Origin: Saprolegnia diclina VS20 | Taxonomy: Eukaryota | Assembly (NCBI RefSeq): GCF_000281045.1 | Contig: NW_008246095.1 | Coordinates: 140,155-204,154, forward strand | DNA length: 64,000 nucleotides | Reading direction: 5' to 3' | Part shown: positions 15,001-25,433 of the stretch, piece by piece | Position numbering within the stretch: position 1 is the stretch's first letter | Layout: every line of letters begins with the position of its first letter | Notes under the pieces: generated by a model | What the model was told of the DNA's origin: nothing | The model's input: only the letters and a program-made list of their open reading frames with translations | Databases searched by the model: none | Position numbers and translations under genes: made by a program

Positions 15001-17259
15001 CTGTGCCGCTAGGTCGTGATTCAAAAGACAAGACACCATATGACCGAGACGCAGCGGCGGCTTCAAGACGCGCGCCGCAAGTCGCGCGTCGACCACAAGC
15101 TCAAGACCAAAGAGGCCAAGAAACAAATGACAGAAATCCTCGGCAGCCTCCACGGTCTTGCGCGCTGGAAAAAGCGGTTTGAACTCTACCAAGAAGCAAA
15201 GGAGAAGAAGCTCGTGGACGCGATGCCGCTCCACGAACGCCAGCGCTACCTCAACGAAAGCGAGAAGCTCAAGAAGCTCCGGTTTGGCGCGCGCCTCATG
15301 TACAACCTCTTCTTGCGCAAAGCGCCGCAGCGTCTCGAGAAGCCGATCTTCCCCGAGTTTGTCAACTACATCTTGTACGCCATGTGCACGGGCATCGATG
15401 CGTTCACAGCCTACTTTATTCTCCAGTTTTCGTTCACGGTCGGGCACGTTGTCGCTAGCATGTGGATAGGTACGGCGCTTCTCTCTAAAATGCGGTTGCG
15501 ACATCTTTGATTAGGCTCGCTCTTTACGGGTCTCGCCATGACGTACCTCGTCTCGGACCCACTCCACATCTTCTTGCGCGTCGGTGTCTTGCCGCTCGTC
15601 GCATCCATCTTCCTTGTCAATACCGGGCTCTTTGAGGCCCTCGGGACAGAGATCGTTGCCGTGGGTGCGGCCGCCGCCGTCGGTATCGCTGGCGTCGCCA
15701 AGTTCCGCGAAAAGAAGGCGGCGCGCCTCCTTCCCGTCGGGGTTGTCGAAGGCCCCTCGGCGCAACTCGCGAGCGCCGACGCGCCGCCCGTATTGGCACC
15801 GGCGCCAAGTGCGCGGCTCGTGCTGGAGGTGCCACCCGTCGCATCGGAGCCAGTGGTGGCGTCCATCGTGTCGGAACCGGTACCGGCACCCGTGGTACCG
15901 GAACCGGTGGTGACGCCGGCGGGGGTGTCGGTGGTATCGGACACGATCACGGTGCCTGCCGCGTCGAGACCGGCCACGACCATTGTCGAATCGGTACCGC
16001 AACCTTCACCGATCGTCGACGACACGACGGCGCCCATGGCGTCTTTCAAGTCTTTGCCCAAGGTCATCAACGTTTCTCCGCGACCGGCACCAAGCAGTGC
16101 AACAGCAAGCGCCACCAAGCCGCTCTTGGCTGGACCGTCGATGGCTGCTCTGCCAGCACTGGCAGCGACCGTCCAGGACACAACGTCCGACGCCGCGTCG
16201 TCGATTCGCGCCGCCGATCCAGTAGTTGTTGCCGCCGCATTGACCGCCGAGCTGGCCACGCCCGTGCCTCTGGTTGAATCGTTCGTCTGCGAATGCGGTG
16301 CCAGCATGCTCCCCGACGAGCATGTGCATCATCGCGAGCACGACTGCTCGCACCGTCTCGTGCAATGCCGCGCTGGCTGCGGCGTTTACATCCAACTCCG
16401 GGCGCGCAGCAGCCACGAGATGAGCCAGTGCCGCCTTCTCTTGTGTGCATGCGGCAAGATGGTGCTGCGTACCAAGATGACAACACACCTCGAGACCGAG
16501 TGCGCCCTGCGGAGCGTCACATGCCGTCTCGGCTGCGGCGCGTCAATGCCGCTCAACGCGCGCGAAAAGCACGAGCGTTCGGAGTGCGACCTGCGCGTCA
16601 CGTCGTGTCCCGACTGCAACACGGTGTTGCCGGTGCGCGAGCTGGCGACGCACCGAGCGACGTGCAAGACCAAGGCAGTGGTGCGCGGGCCCGCGACCAA
16701 GCTCTTGGTCACGCAGAGCAGCATGCTTACGTTGGGCGAAGACGCTTTGGCCGAACCCAGCGCCCAGCGGCCGGTCTCCCCGCCGTCGCCGACAACATCG
16801 CGGCTTCAGGGCCCACCGCTTGCAATTCCAACGACCAAGGCGCCGCGCGGCCCGTTGGTGCCACCGACCACGTCGCCTGTCGCCCGCCGCGCGCGGGCAC
16901 CGCCTGTGGCTACAGCCACCCCGGGTGTGTTGCAAGGCCCACCGCTCGTGCTCGCACCCGGTGCGATTGTCGACGAGGCCAAGACCAAGGACGATCTGGC
17001 TCGAAAAGGCGTCGCAATGACCGCGGCGGCCGAAGGCGCCAAGCGACTGACCAACGAGTCGGACGCCAAGCCCCGGCGGGCCGATGTCGCCGAGGCGCTC
17101 GTGGAAAAGACCGGTGCCGGGCAGATGGCCAAGTCGGCCTTTGAAGGCGCGGCGACGACGCTCTTTGAGGGCACGGTGCCCGCCCGCACGCAGCCGTTGC
17201 GCGGTCCACGCACTGCCAACCCGTTCCAGCCGCCGTCCGACGCCAAGCCGTCGACCTAG
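1..17259 (+). CDS. Giant polycystin-1-like (PKD1/REJ-GPS) membrane receptor with C-terminal TRAF-type zinc fingers; 5'-truncated, 21 exons, at least 5,429 aa
   Basis: Frame is open from base 1. Twenty GT-AG introns join the ORFs in frame: 1753-1796, 2270-2314, 3911-3957, 5195-5243, 6459-6508, 6728-6775, 9529-9592, 11106-11156, 11301-11346, 11470-11513, 12044-12090, 12597-12648, 12939-12983, 13173-13222, 13498-13543, 13742-13787, 13942-13992, 14147-14196, 14964-15012, 15470-15514. REJ motifs: LVLDGRSS, LVLSGTSSNDPD..LLYAWQC, NEPPTSG..SPTSG..WVDVDLPLTYAF. EGF-like: CSGHGTC. GPS: CQYWDSAAGAWSTAGC..CVCDHLTDF. Polycystin-type FTRPQR precedes TM2. Cys/His TRAF-like fingers at ~16290-16670. Confidence 0.9.
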
Positions 17260-17383
17260 CACCTAACCCTATACACTACACAATGCATCCATCGAAACCG
17301 CCAAGATGTCCGTCCAATGCCATACATATAAACCATTTAGTATATGCATATTGTATGCAAGATCACCCTGTATTATTGGGTCC

Positions 17384-19220
17384 TTAGAGCGACGCCGTGG
17401 CTTGGTTGGCTGCGCGCTGCTGGGCTTGCTTGAGCTCTTGGGACTTCTTTCCCGCGACAACGCTGAGGCCGCCAAACACAAGCGTCATGATGCCGAGGAA
17501 GATGCCGACGCCTGTAAAGATGTACTTGGGCGCATTCGGGTCGGATGCGAGCTTGCTGCACTTGTTTTGGTCAATGACCGAGCACGAGAGGCCCGACCAG
17601 CACCCGAGGCACTGGCACGACGACGTCTTCCCGTCCGCCGACGCGACGCACTGGCCGTACTTGCCGCACGTGTTGGAGGTCGGTGTACACGTGCCGCCGC
17701 CGCTCACAACCTCGAGCACCTTGCCGCACAAATCTTCCTCGGACGTGCCGAGCTTGGACGAGATCGTGACTTCGCATGTCTGGCCGTCCTTGGTGCACAC
17801 GGCACCCTGGCGCGTGTTGGTCGTCCACTTGTCGGTCGGCTTGAGCAAGATCGACGGGTTCGTGCACGAGCCGAGCCAGCCCGCCTTGGCCGCAAGGGGC
17901 GTCACAGGCGCGGGCAGCTTGGGCGGTTCCCACGAGCAAATCGTGTCGGCGGTGAAGCCGCCCGTCTGCACGTCCGAGGGATTGGCCTTGTACATCGCAG
18001 CGAGGTTTGTAAAGTCGACGGTCACGGTTGTACCTGGCTTGCTCACAATCTCCGTGCCACCCCCTACGTCACCATGAATACTCGGAAATGGCGATACCAT
18101 GTGCAGATGTACCCAAAAAGAGGGGGTACCCCGTCGTGCCCAACGACGCCGACCCAAAGGTGTACGCGTACCCGCCGGAAAAGACATCGGTGAAGCCTTG
18201 CGACGCCGTCGAACTCGAAAAGAGGTACGGGACGTTGGTCCACTTGCGCGGCTTCTGCGTGTCGCAGCCGGTTTCACCAAATGCCATGACGATCGGGATG
18301 CCGGTCGCCATCTTGAGGAAGGTTTCGTAGGTCGCAAACTTGCCGTCGTTGCACCAGCGGTACTCGTTCACGAGGTACATGTCGATATTGCTCTGCATAA
18401 CACCATTGACCATCGTGTCGCCGCAGAGCAAGCCCATGAGCTTGACGACAGTATACTGATCGGGCTGGAGCGCAAGGGCCGTGGCCGTTATGCCCACAGA
18501 GGCCTTGTCCGGCGCGGAATCGGCGCCGGCGTACGCAAGCGGCAGAATACGCAGCTGCTTGACGTTGACACGCATCCAGTTCTTGAGGTCGGCCACATAC
18601 TGCTTGACGCACGCAGCGGCCGTGAGGTCGTACTGGAGGATTTCGTTGGCGACGATCACACCGAGCGTGTTGTCGTACTTGGCAAAGTCCTTGATGATCT
18701 ACACAGCAAAACGCAATGTTCGATCGACCGCGGATAACGTCGCAGAGTGACGCACCGCCTTGCCAAAGTACAAGAGCAGCGCCGGGTAGCACGTCTTGGT
18801 CTGGTCCTTCTGCGACTCGCCGGCGACGACTGCGCCGTCGGGGCCCCACCCTTTGGTAATCGTCGAGTAGCGGTACGCGCCAAAGTAATCGACATTGGCC
18901 GGCGACGCCGAGATCATGACGTAGACGCCAATGGCCTCCATGTGCTCCATGAACTGGTCGTACGTCTTGTCCGGGTTGACGTTGTAGAGGCGAAACGTGT
19001 TGAACGAGCCCATGATGGGCGCGAGCGCCGTCTCGATCGCGACCTTGCTCCACGTCGCGTAGTGGTCGTCGCTCACGTCGTAGTCGTACGTGATGCCACG
19101 CAGGAAGAAGCGCTTGCCCGTCTTCGAGTCGTACATCTTGTTGCCGCGCACGATGATCGGGTTGAGCTTGGCCGCGTCGGCGACGACGGCCGCCAGCAGC
19201 AGGAGGCTCCACCAGCGCAT
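17384..19220 (-). CDS. GH72 beta-1,3-glucanosyltransferase (Gas/Gel-like) with Cys-rich/EGF-like stalk and C-terminal TM helix; 3 exons
   Basis: Signal peptide MRWWSLLLLAAVVADA. GH72 motifs: PIIVRGNKMY..RFFLRGITY, NTFRLYNVNP, catalytic VANEI and FGETGC, FSGGYAY. Introns 18699-18755 and 18064-18112 keep the frame. Confidence 0.92.
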
Positions 19221-20002
19221 CGCAACTTCACAATTGATAAACTGCTCCAACTGGTCGCATTACTTCGGTCGAAGTTCGAAGCTTCGAACGACTTGCCCGA
19301 ACAGAATATATATTCTCAAAACACGCGCGCTTTCTCCAAGGTGGCTCAATAGCGCACGACACCGAGCGCCGATAATTCGCGCACGGACGCACCTCCTCGT
19401 GCATACGTTGTCGTCCGCGGTACTATGAGAGTACTATGCAGCACCTTGTCGTATCTCCTTGGTTGACAAACTCATTATTTTAGGTGTCCCCATTTGACGC
19501 CGAGATCCAGCACGTACGAATATCATCCGGATTTTTCAGCGCCGTGGCAAGCTTCTTGCATGGACAGTCCGCGTCCTAGTACCCTAGTATTCTAATAGCA
19601 TCGATGCGATCCCGTCATGCGACAGTGGCGTTGGCCGTCGTGTGCCTACAGGTCGAATCATCCATCATGGTGGTGCTCACTTCGAGCGCACTGTCGTAGC
19701 GTCGACGATGTATTTCTGTATATTTGTTTGACGTTCAAGAGAAAGGATGACATAGTTCACTTTGTACATATAACAATATTGTCATTCACCTTCGTTTGCC
19801 ACCGAAACATTTGCATCTGGAAGGTAGCGTCGGAGCCAAGCCGTCCCGGGGGGCGATCAACGCGTGCATGTGCAAGTCAAGGCAGTCATCAGAATCACAC
19901 ACCGCGTTTTGTCCCCAAATCCCAAAGGGTGGACTCGCCTTCCTTCATGTGTTCGGTGATGATACATCAGTGTAACCTCGTGGAACCAAAAACAAAAAGA
20001 AA

Positions 20003-20044
20003 AATGTGACAGAAGGGTTAGGTAATGTGGCAGAAGGGTTAGGT
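20003..20044. repeat. 21-bp tandem duplication (aatgtg[a/g]cagaagggttaggt x2) overlapping the WD40 gene stop codon
   Basis: Read directly at 20003-20023 and 20024-20044, one mismatch. Confidence 0.8.
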
Positions 20045-21795
20045 AAAGGTAACGACGCCAATGTTGCGGTCGCTCGAAATGCTCAAGAGCACGTTTTGCG
20101 TCGCGTGCCAGTTGGCGTGGAGCACGGGCTTGCGGTGAATGCTCAGCGTTTGGTGCGGCACGTTCTCGCGCTTGCTCGCGCGAATGTCCCAAATGTGGAC
20201 ATCGCCCGACGTGCTGCCACACGACACGTGCATCCCTACGAATTGACCATAGTATCCATCATCGACATGGCATTCAGAGTGTCCTACCGGCCGTGGACCA
20301 GCGCGGCGTCGTGTACTGGCTCATGGCGCGCGCGTCGCCCGTCGACTTGTACCACACCATGGACGGCATGCTTGTGAGCGAGCTCGACGTCTTGATGCGG
20401 AGGTCATGCAGCAGCATGTTCTGCTGCGTCGCATGCACGCACGACACCATGAGCAAATGCGGGTGGTTGGGGTGCGCGAGCACGGCGTTGATCTTGGCAA
20501 TGTTATTGGTCTGCCGCTTCTCAATCACAGTCGTCGTCGACTGGTGGTGCAGATCGTACCCAATCACAAGACTAGACGACGCATCGCACTCTACGATCTG
20601 AGATGGTGGAGCTCGTACCCGTCGAGCGCGCCGGAATACACCGACGGCGAGTGCGGGTGCACGCAAAGCGACCGGATCTCGCTTCGGTGGTCGGCGTGGA
20701 GCGTCTTCATGTTGGCGGATGACGCCGGCGCATCCGTGTACTTCCACACGACCACGCTGTGGTTGGGGCCGCCCGTCACAATGTGTGTTTCGTCAACCCA
20801 ATCAATGCACGAGACACCCCTAACATAGCGTCCGTCAGTCGTCCGGCAGATTGTCGGCATCATACTTGGACGCGAGCGACGACGACCGGTTCCAGACGCG
20901 GTCGGGTGGCTTGGTGAAGCCTTGGTTCCACTCGACGACGCAGATCTCGCCCGCGTCCGCATGCGGCTTTTGAAACCCGAGCGCAATCTTGTTGCCATTG
21001 CCCGGCGACCATCGAAAGTCCTCCTAGTGGCAGCCATGAGAGAGGCACGGCGGACGAGCATGCGCGTACGACGCATGCGTGGCCAGCGCGCCGAAAGATG
21101 GACGGTGGCACTTGGAGAAGGTGCTTGAGATCCCGGAAATGCGGCTGGTACTGCCAGAGCATCATCGTGCCGTCGTCCGCAAACGTCGAGAAGAGGTCGG
21201 GGTTGGTCGGATGGAACGCCGAGCAGCGCAACTTGCGCGAGCAGCCGTCCGCAATCATGTTCATGCGCGGCTGCGAGAGAAGCTTGGCGACCTCGGTTGT
21301 CGACCAAAACTGGTCAGGAAAATTGGCAACTGTCGGTGTCCGCGGGCGCATCTCGGGCAGGATCGGCGCCGGTGTCGACTCAAAGGTCGACGGTGGCGGC
21401 GACATCTTGCGCTTCTTCTCGCGGGGCGGCGGTGACTCGGCGATCGTAATCACACGCACCGCCGGTGATTGCGGCTTGACGATCCGAAGCTTCTTGTCCA
21501 GTGGCGCGTCCACGTCAATGACGGGCGTCGCGCGGTTCTCTGCGTACAAGAGGAACCGCTGTAGGCGCTTCTCGAGGCTATCGCGCTGGAGCTCGAGGTC
21601 TTCGCGCGCATACTGCTTCTTGGCCAGCAAGTCGTGCTGGATGCGCAGCGATTCTTGGAGCTTGGCAATGTCTACCTCGAGCGCCGCAATGTCCTTCTTG
21701 CACGTCGCGAGGTCGGCGCCGTTCTCGGCGAGCCGCGTCTCGAGCTGCTGCCGGCTGGGCAGCGCCGGCGCTGCGAATGGCCGCTTGGTCGCCAT
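20039..21795 (-). CDS. WD40-repeat protein with N-terminal coiled coil and Pro-rich/basic linker; multi-exon
   Basis: Heptad-like N-terminus (LATCKKDIAALEVDIAKLQESL). WD repeats: AFHPTNPDLFSTFADDGTMMLW, VSCIDW..VTGGPNHSVVVWKY, HRSEIRSLCVHP..YSGALDG, CGSTSGDVHIWDI, HRKPVLHANWH..LSISSDRNI. Confidence 0.85.
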
Positions 21796-21848
21796 CTTGG
21801 TTCTATCCGCCTTGTACTATCCACGCCGTGATTGGTTGGCACGGATCA

Positions 21849-21858
21849 TATCCGGATA
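21849..21858. promoter_or_regulatory. Palindromic TATCCGGATA motif about 55 nt upstream of the WD40 ATG
   Basis: Perfect 10-bp palindrome. The same motif recurs at other gene starts; function is inferred. Confidence 0.5.
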
Positions 21859-22077
21859 CCGAGCGCTTGGCGCCGAAATTGCACTCGCGCCATATACAAA
21901 GTCCAAGGCGGGAGACTGCGCCGGATACGCTGCAATATGGATCTTCTGACGTCGTCGGGTCCATGGGCAGCGACGCTCAATGTGGAGCGACGAGTACGAC
22001 CCTCGGGCAGTAGAGTACCGATACAACAAGCAGTTGGCGGTAGAATACAGTTAGATAAAGCAGTTAATGCGAGGTCG

Positions 22078-23229
22078 CTACGAGGTCTTGTCGGACTTGA
22101 GGCTCGCGGGCGGTGCATCGCAGAGTGGCGGCGCGGCCGCGGCAGGTCGCGACGGCGCCGCGCCAGCGTATGCCTTGAAGTGCCGCCAGAGGAGGCGGAA
22201 GCCACGGGCTATCCGCAGTGTCCGGAGCTTGAGATCGATGTAGCCGTACGGGAGCTCGTCAATACAGAGGTCGTAGCGGCTCTTCCAGACGCGCTCCTGG
22301 AGGAAGCGCGAGACGCGTCGAAAGGCATCGAGGTGACGCTTCGCGAGCGACTGCATTTGGAACCGGACAACTTCTTCGTCCCACTCGAAGCATGCACCGC
22401 AGACACACGTCATCGAGTTGCACCCGTCGCCCTTGACGAGGAAGACGCCGCACTCGGGGCACTGCGCGACCTCGTCCATGTCGGGCGCCATCGCTGCGCA
22501 CTCTTGGTCTTCATGGTGGCCCGCGACCTTGCAGCGAAAGCACACGGCCGCGTCGCAACACGCAGTAAACGTAAACGGGTCCTGGTGGAGAATGTAGAGC
22601 ACGAGGGTCACGCGGCGCTCGGTATCGTGAATGAGCGGCACGACCGACTCGAGCACCAAGTCGCAGTAGTCGTCAAACGCCTGCACGATGAAGTTGACGA
22701 GGTCGGCGGCCGTCAAATTGTGCTGGCAAAAGGCTGCGCATTTCTGGCGCAGCGTCGGGATGTGTTGGGTGTAGTCCTTGGTCATGGCGATCGTGTAGAC
22801 GCGCTCTTGCGGGTCGGGCAGCACCGTCGACACCTCGTGGCACTCGGGGCACAAAATCTCGCAAGCGGCTTCCACATGGTACGAAAAATGGTCCAAGATC
22901 GACTCCATGTACACAAACGGTGCCCGGCGCTTCCATCGCACGAGGTTGACGGGCCGCACGCAGATGGGGCACGTCAGCTTGGACGGCACGCCACGGATCT
23001 GTGCATGGAGGCGCGAGTTCATGTAGCCCTCGAGGCAGCCATGGCACACGACCGCGGGACACGTCTTGCTGCAGATCTTTCGGACCATCTCGTCGCTGCG
23101 GAAGCAGTCAAAGCACACTTGGCACTGCAGGCGCGCCTTGGTCGCGAGGATGCTATCGTCTTCCGGGCTTGCTGGCGTCGCGCCATGCTGCGGCTCGCAC
23201 ATGGGCTGCTCCACGTCGTGCATCGTCAT
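22078..23229 (-). CDS. RBR-like (RING1-IBR-RING2) E3 ubiquitin ligase, intronless
   Basis: RING1 CQVC..C..CHGC..CPIC. IBR halves CPEC and CCDAAVCFRCKVAGHH..C. RING2 QCPECGVFLVKGDGCNSMTCVCG. Start is ATG 23229 or 23223. Confidence 0.82.
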   Translation of the reverse strand: MTMHDVEQPMCEPQHGATPASPEDDSILATKARLQCQVCFDCFRSDEMVRKICSKTCPAVVCHGCLEGYMNSRLHAQIRGVPSKLTCPICVRPVNLVRWKRRAPFVYMESILDHFSYHVEAACEILCPECHEVSTVLPDPQERVYTIAMTKDYTQHIPTLRQKCAAFCQHNLTAADLVNFIVQAFDDYCDLVLESVVPLIHDTERRVTLVLYILHQDPFTFTACCDAAVCFRCKVAGHHEDQECAAMAPDMDEVAQCPECGVFLVKGDGCNSMTCVCGACFEWDEEVVRFQMQSLAKRHLDAFRRVSRFLQERVWKSRYDLCIDELPYGYIDLKLRTLRIARGFRLLWRHFKAYAGAAPSRPAAAAPPLCDAPPASLKSDKTS

Positions 23230-23643
23230 CACTGCCTGTCTTGCCTGGAAGGTTGCGCGTTTTGCAATGAAGAAGATCTTGCAGAATTTGGATTCCTGGC
23301 ATTTTAATTCTGGTTTTCGATATTCGAGCGCATACAAAAGTGTAGGTATTTTTTCGTCGCACCCACCATGTTCGAAAATCCATGCCTTCGAGTGGATTGG
23401 CTGAAATGTCGGATTCGTCATTTCGTTTTGCACCAATCCTAATGCGTTCTGAAGCAGCCAATCCGCGTGCAGGCAGCGACCAGGTGTTGCGTGACGTCGT
23501 TTCCAACCTTGTTGTCAACAGGTTTAAAACATGTTGTCCACCTAGTTTCCTGAGGAGTCGTATCCTTCGTTTTAAACAGGTCGGTCGTGCCGTTGCATAC
23601 AAAAACTGGCGCCGGCGAGACAGGCCAGTTTGCTGTTGCGAGA

Positions 23644-25385
23644 ATGACGACACCTGAGGTCTTGAAGCCGGCCTGCGTCGTGCTCACGCCGGGCATCAAA
23701 GCCACCAAGCACGTGCGTCCTGCGACGCGAGCTTTCGGCGCATACTGATGCCTAGCCTAGGTTGTCTTTGGTAGTCAAAAGCTCGGCCCCGTGCCGACGG
23801 CCGTCCTCGACGCGCTCACGACGACGCGCGCCAAGCTTCTCTGCGAATGCAAGGACTTTGCCAAGCCGGCGCAGTACCAATGGGAGAAAGAGAAGGCGCA
23901 GTTCCAGCTCGATGCGTACATGGAGAACGCGAGTCAATACTTGTCCCTTCTGCAAGGCTTTCTCAACGTAGATTTCGTATTCTTATCTTGCCACAGAGGC
24001 TAACGGTCAACAACGTAGGCAGCGAGGGCCCCCGCACTGGCGCCTACTGACGACAACGACGAAGCGGCCGCGAGCAAGCCTGTCGTAGCCGAAAAGCCGG
24101 CGCCGGCCGTCTCGTTCGCCTTTTGCGAGTGGCTCGACGTGACGGCCAAATCGTCCGTACACGCGCTGAATGCGTACCACGAGTACGCGCATGCCTTGTA
24201 CGCTGTCGGCACTGTCTTGCTCCAGCGCGCGTCCGACCTCGTAGCTATCGCAGAGTCAGAGCGTTGTCGAGCTTACGACGGTGCTGATTCCTAGACCACA
24301 GCGATGCTGTCGTCGCGAGATTTTGAGTTTGACGAGCCAAAGCTCAAGGAAGCGTACCAGATTCTTCTGCGCACTGCAGGGCTCTTTGACGCTGCGCTTG
24401 GCTTCCTCGGCCAGAACAGGCAAACGACGGCAGCGACCGGGGCGGACGACGCCGCCATGGCCGCATGGCGCGCCGAGCAAGCACAGGCCGACACCGCCGC
24501 TACCTTTGCCCCGGTATCCGCACCACAACAATGCCGCTGGATTCCTCAATCAACGATAGGAACTGAGTCGCATCAAAGATTTTGAAGGCGGCGCGGGCTT
24601 GACGGCGCTTCGGGCGATCGCACTCGCCCAAGCCCAAGAGCTCGTCGTGCTCCGAGGCGTGACGCGGGAGACGGTCGACTGGGTCCTCATGGGGAAGCTC
24701 TGCGTCGACATTGCGTCGCGCTACAAAGGTACACTGTACTGCGGCGAAATCACCCGTCAACAAAAATGCAAAGACACGCTCGCAAGCCTTCCAGCGAGCC
24801 AAGTCAAGCTCCGCGGCTGGTGCGACTTCAAGACCATTTACTACACAGCGCTCGGATTGTACTACCAGGTGCGTCGACGGACAGAAGCCAACAACTTGCT
24901 CAAGAATTGGACGCTAGGGCGTGGCCGAGTGGAACAAGAAGGACGCGCCGGGCTGTGTCCAAGCCATCGCGCAGTTCCAACAGGCCAAGGAGCAGCTCGC
25001 GCGCCTCACAACGTTGGCAGCCGAGACGCAGCGAACGCGCGACATTATCCAGCGCGACCTCGACATTGCCGCCGCGCGCAACAGCTCCGTCTACTTTGAA
25101 ACGGTAGCATCCCCTGCCCCATGTAGACATCTCACGCCGAAGCAGATCCCCCCGCCGCTCCCCGCGCTCCCCCCTACAGGCCTCGTGCAACCCCAAGCCT
25201 TTGCGAACCGTACCATACATGATTGCACACAACACCAACGCATCATATTTCATCTTGTAGCGCCCGCCCATGCGCTGTGGAAGGAGCCGCTGCCATCGGC
25301 CCAAGCCACGTCGGCGGCCACCCCGGCGCGGGGGTCGCCCGATCTGCCGCATCCCGACGCGGGCTGTGCGTGTGCCATCATGTAA
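23644..25385 (+). CDS. BROX: BRO1-domain protein with C-terminal CAAX box (BROX-like); multi-exon
   Basis: Spliced N-terminus (intron 23713-23760) reads PGIKATKHVVF..LDALTTTRAKLL, resembling BROX. Also AYQILLRTAGLFD, ALAQAQEL and NSSVYFE. Ends GCACAIM*. Confidence 0.82.
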
Positions 25386-25433
25386 CCACTTTTGTCCCAT
25401 GTATCAATGGAGCAACTGGATCGATTCTTCTTC

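Noticed and set aside
91..15510. Reading the ORF breaks as frameshifts, a pseudogene or an operon
   Set aside because: Every break is bridged in frame by a canonical GT-AG intron.
21832..23307. 491-aa plus-strand ORF
   Set aside because: Antisense shadow of the RBR gene. Codon bias suppresses stops on the opposite strand, and there are no motifs.
23560..23580. gtatcctt, a U12-type 5' splice consensus
   Set aside because: Intergenic, with no convincing U12 branch point or flanking exons.
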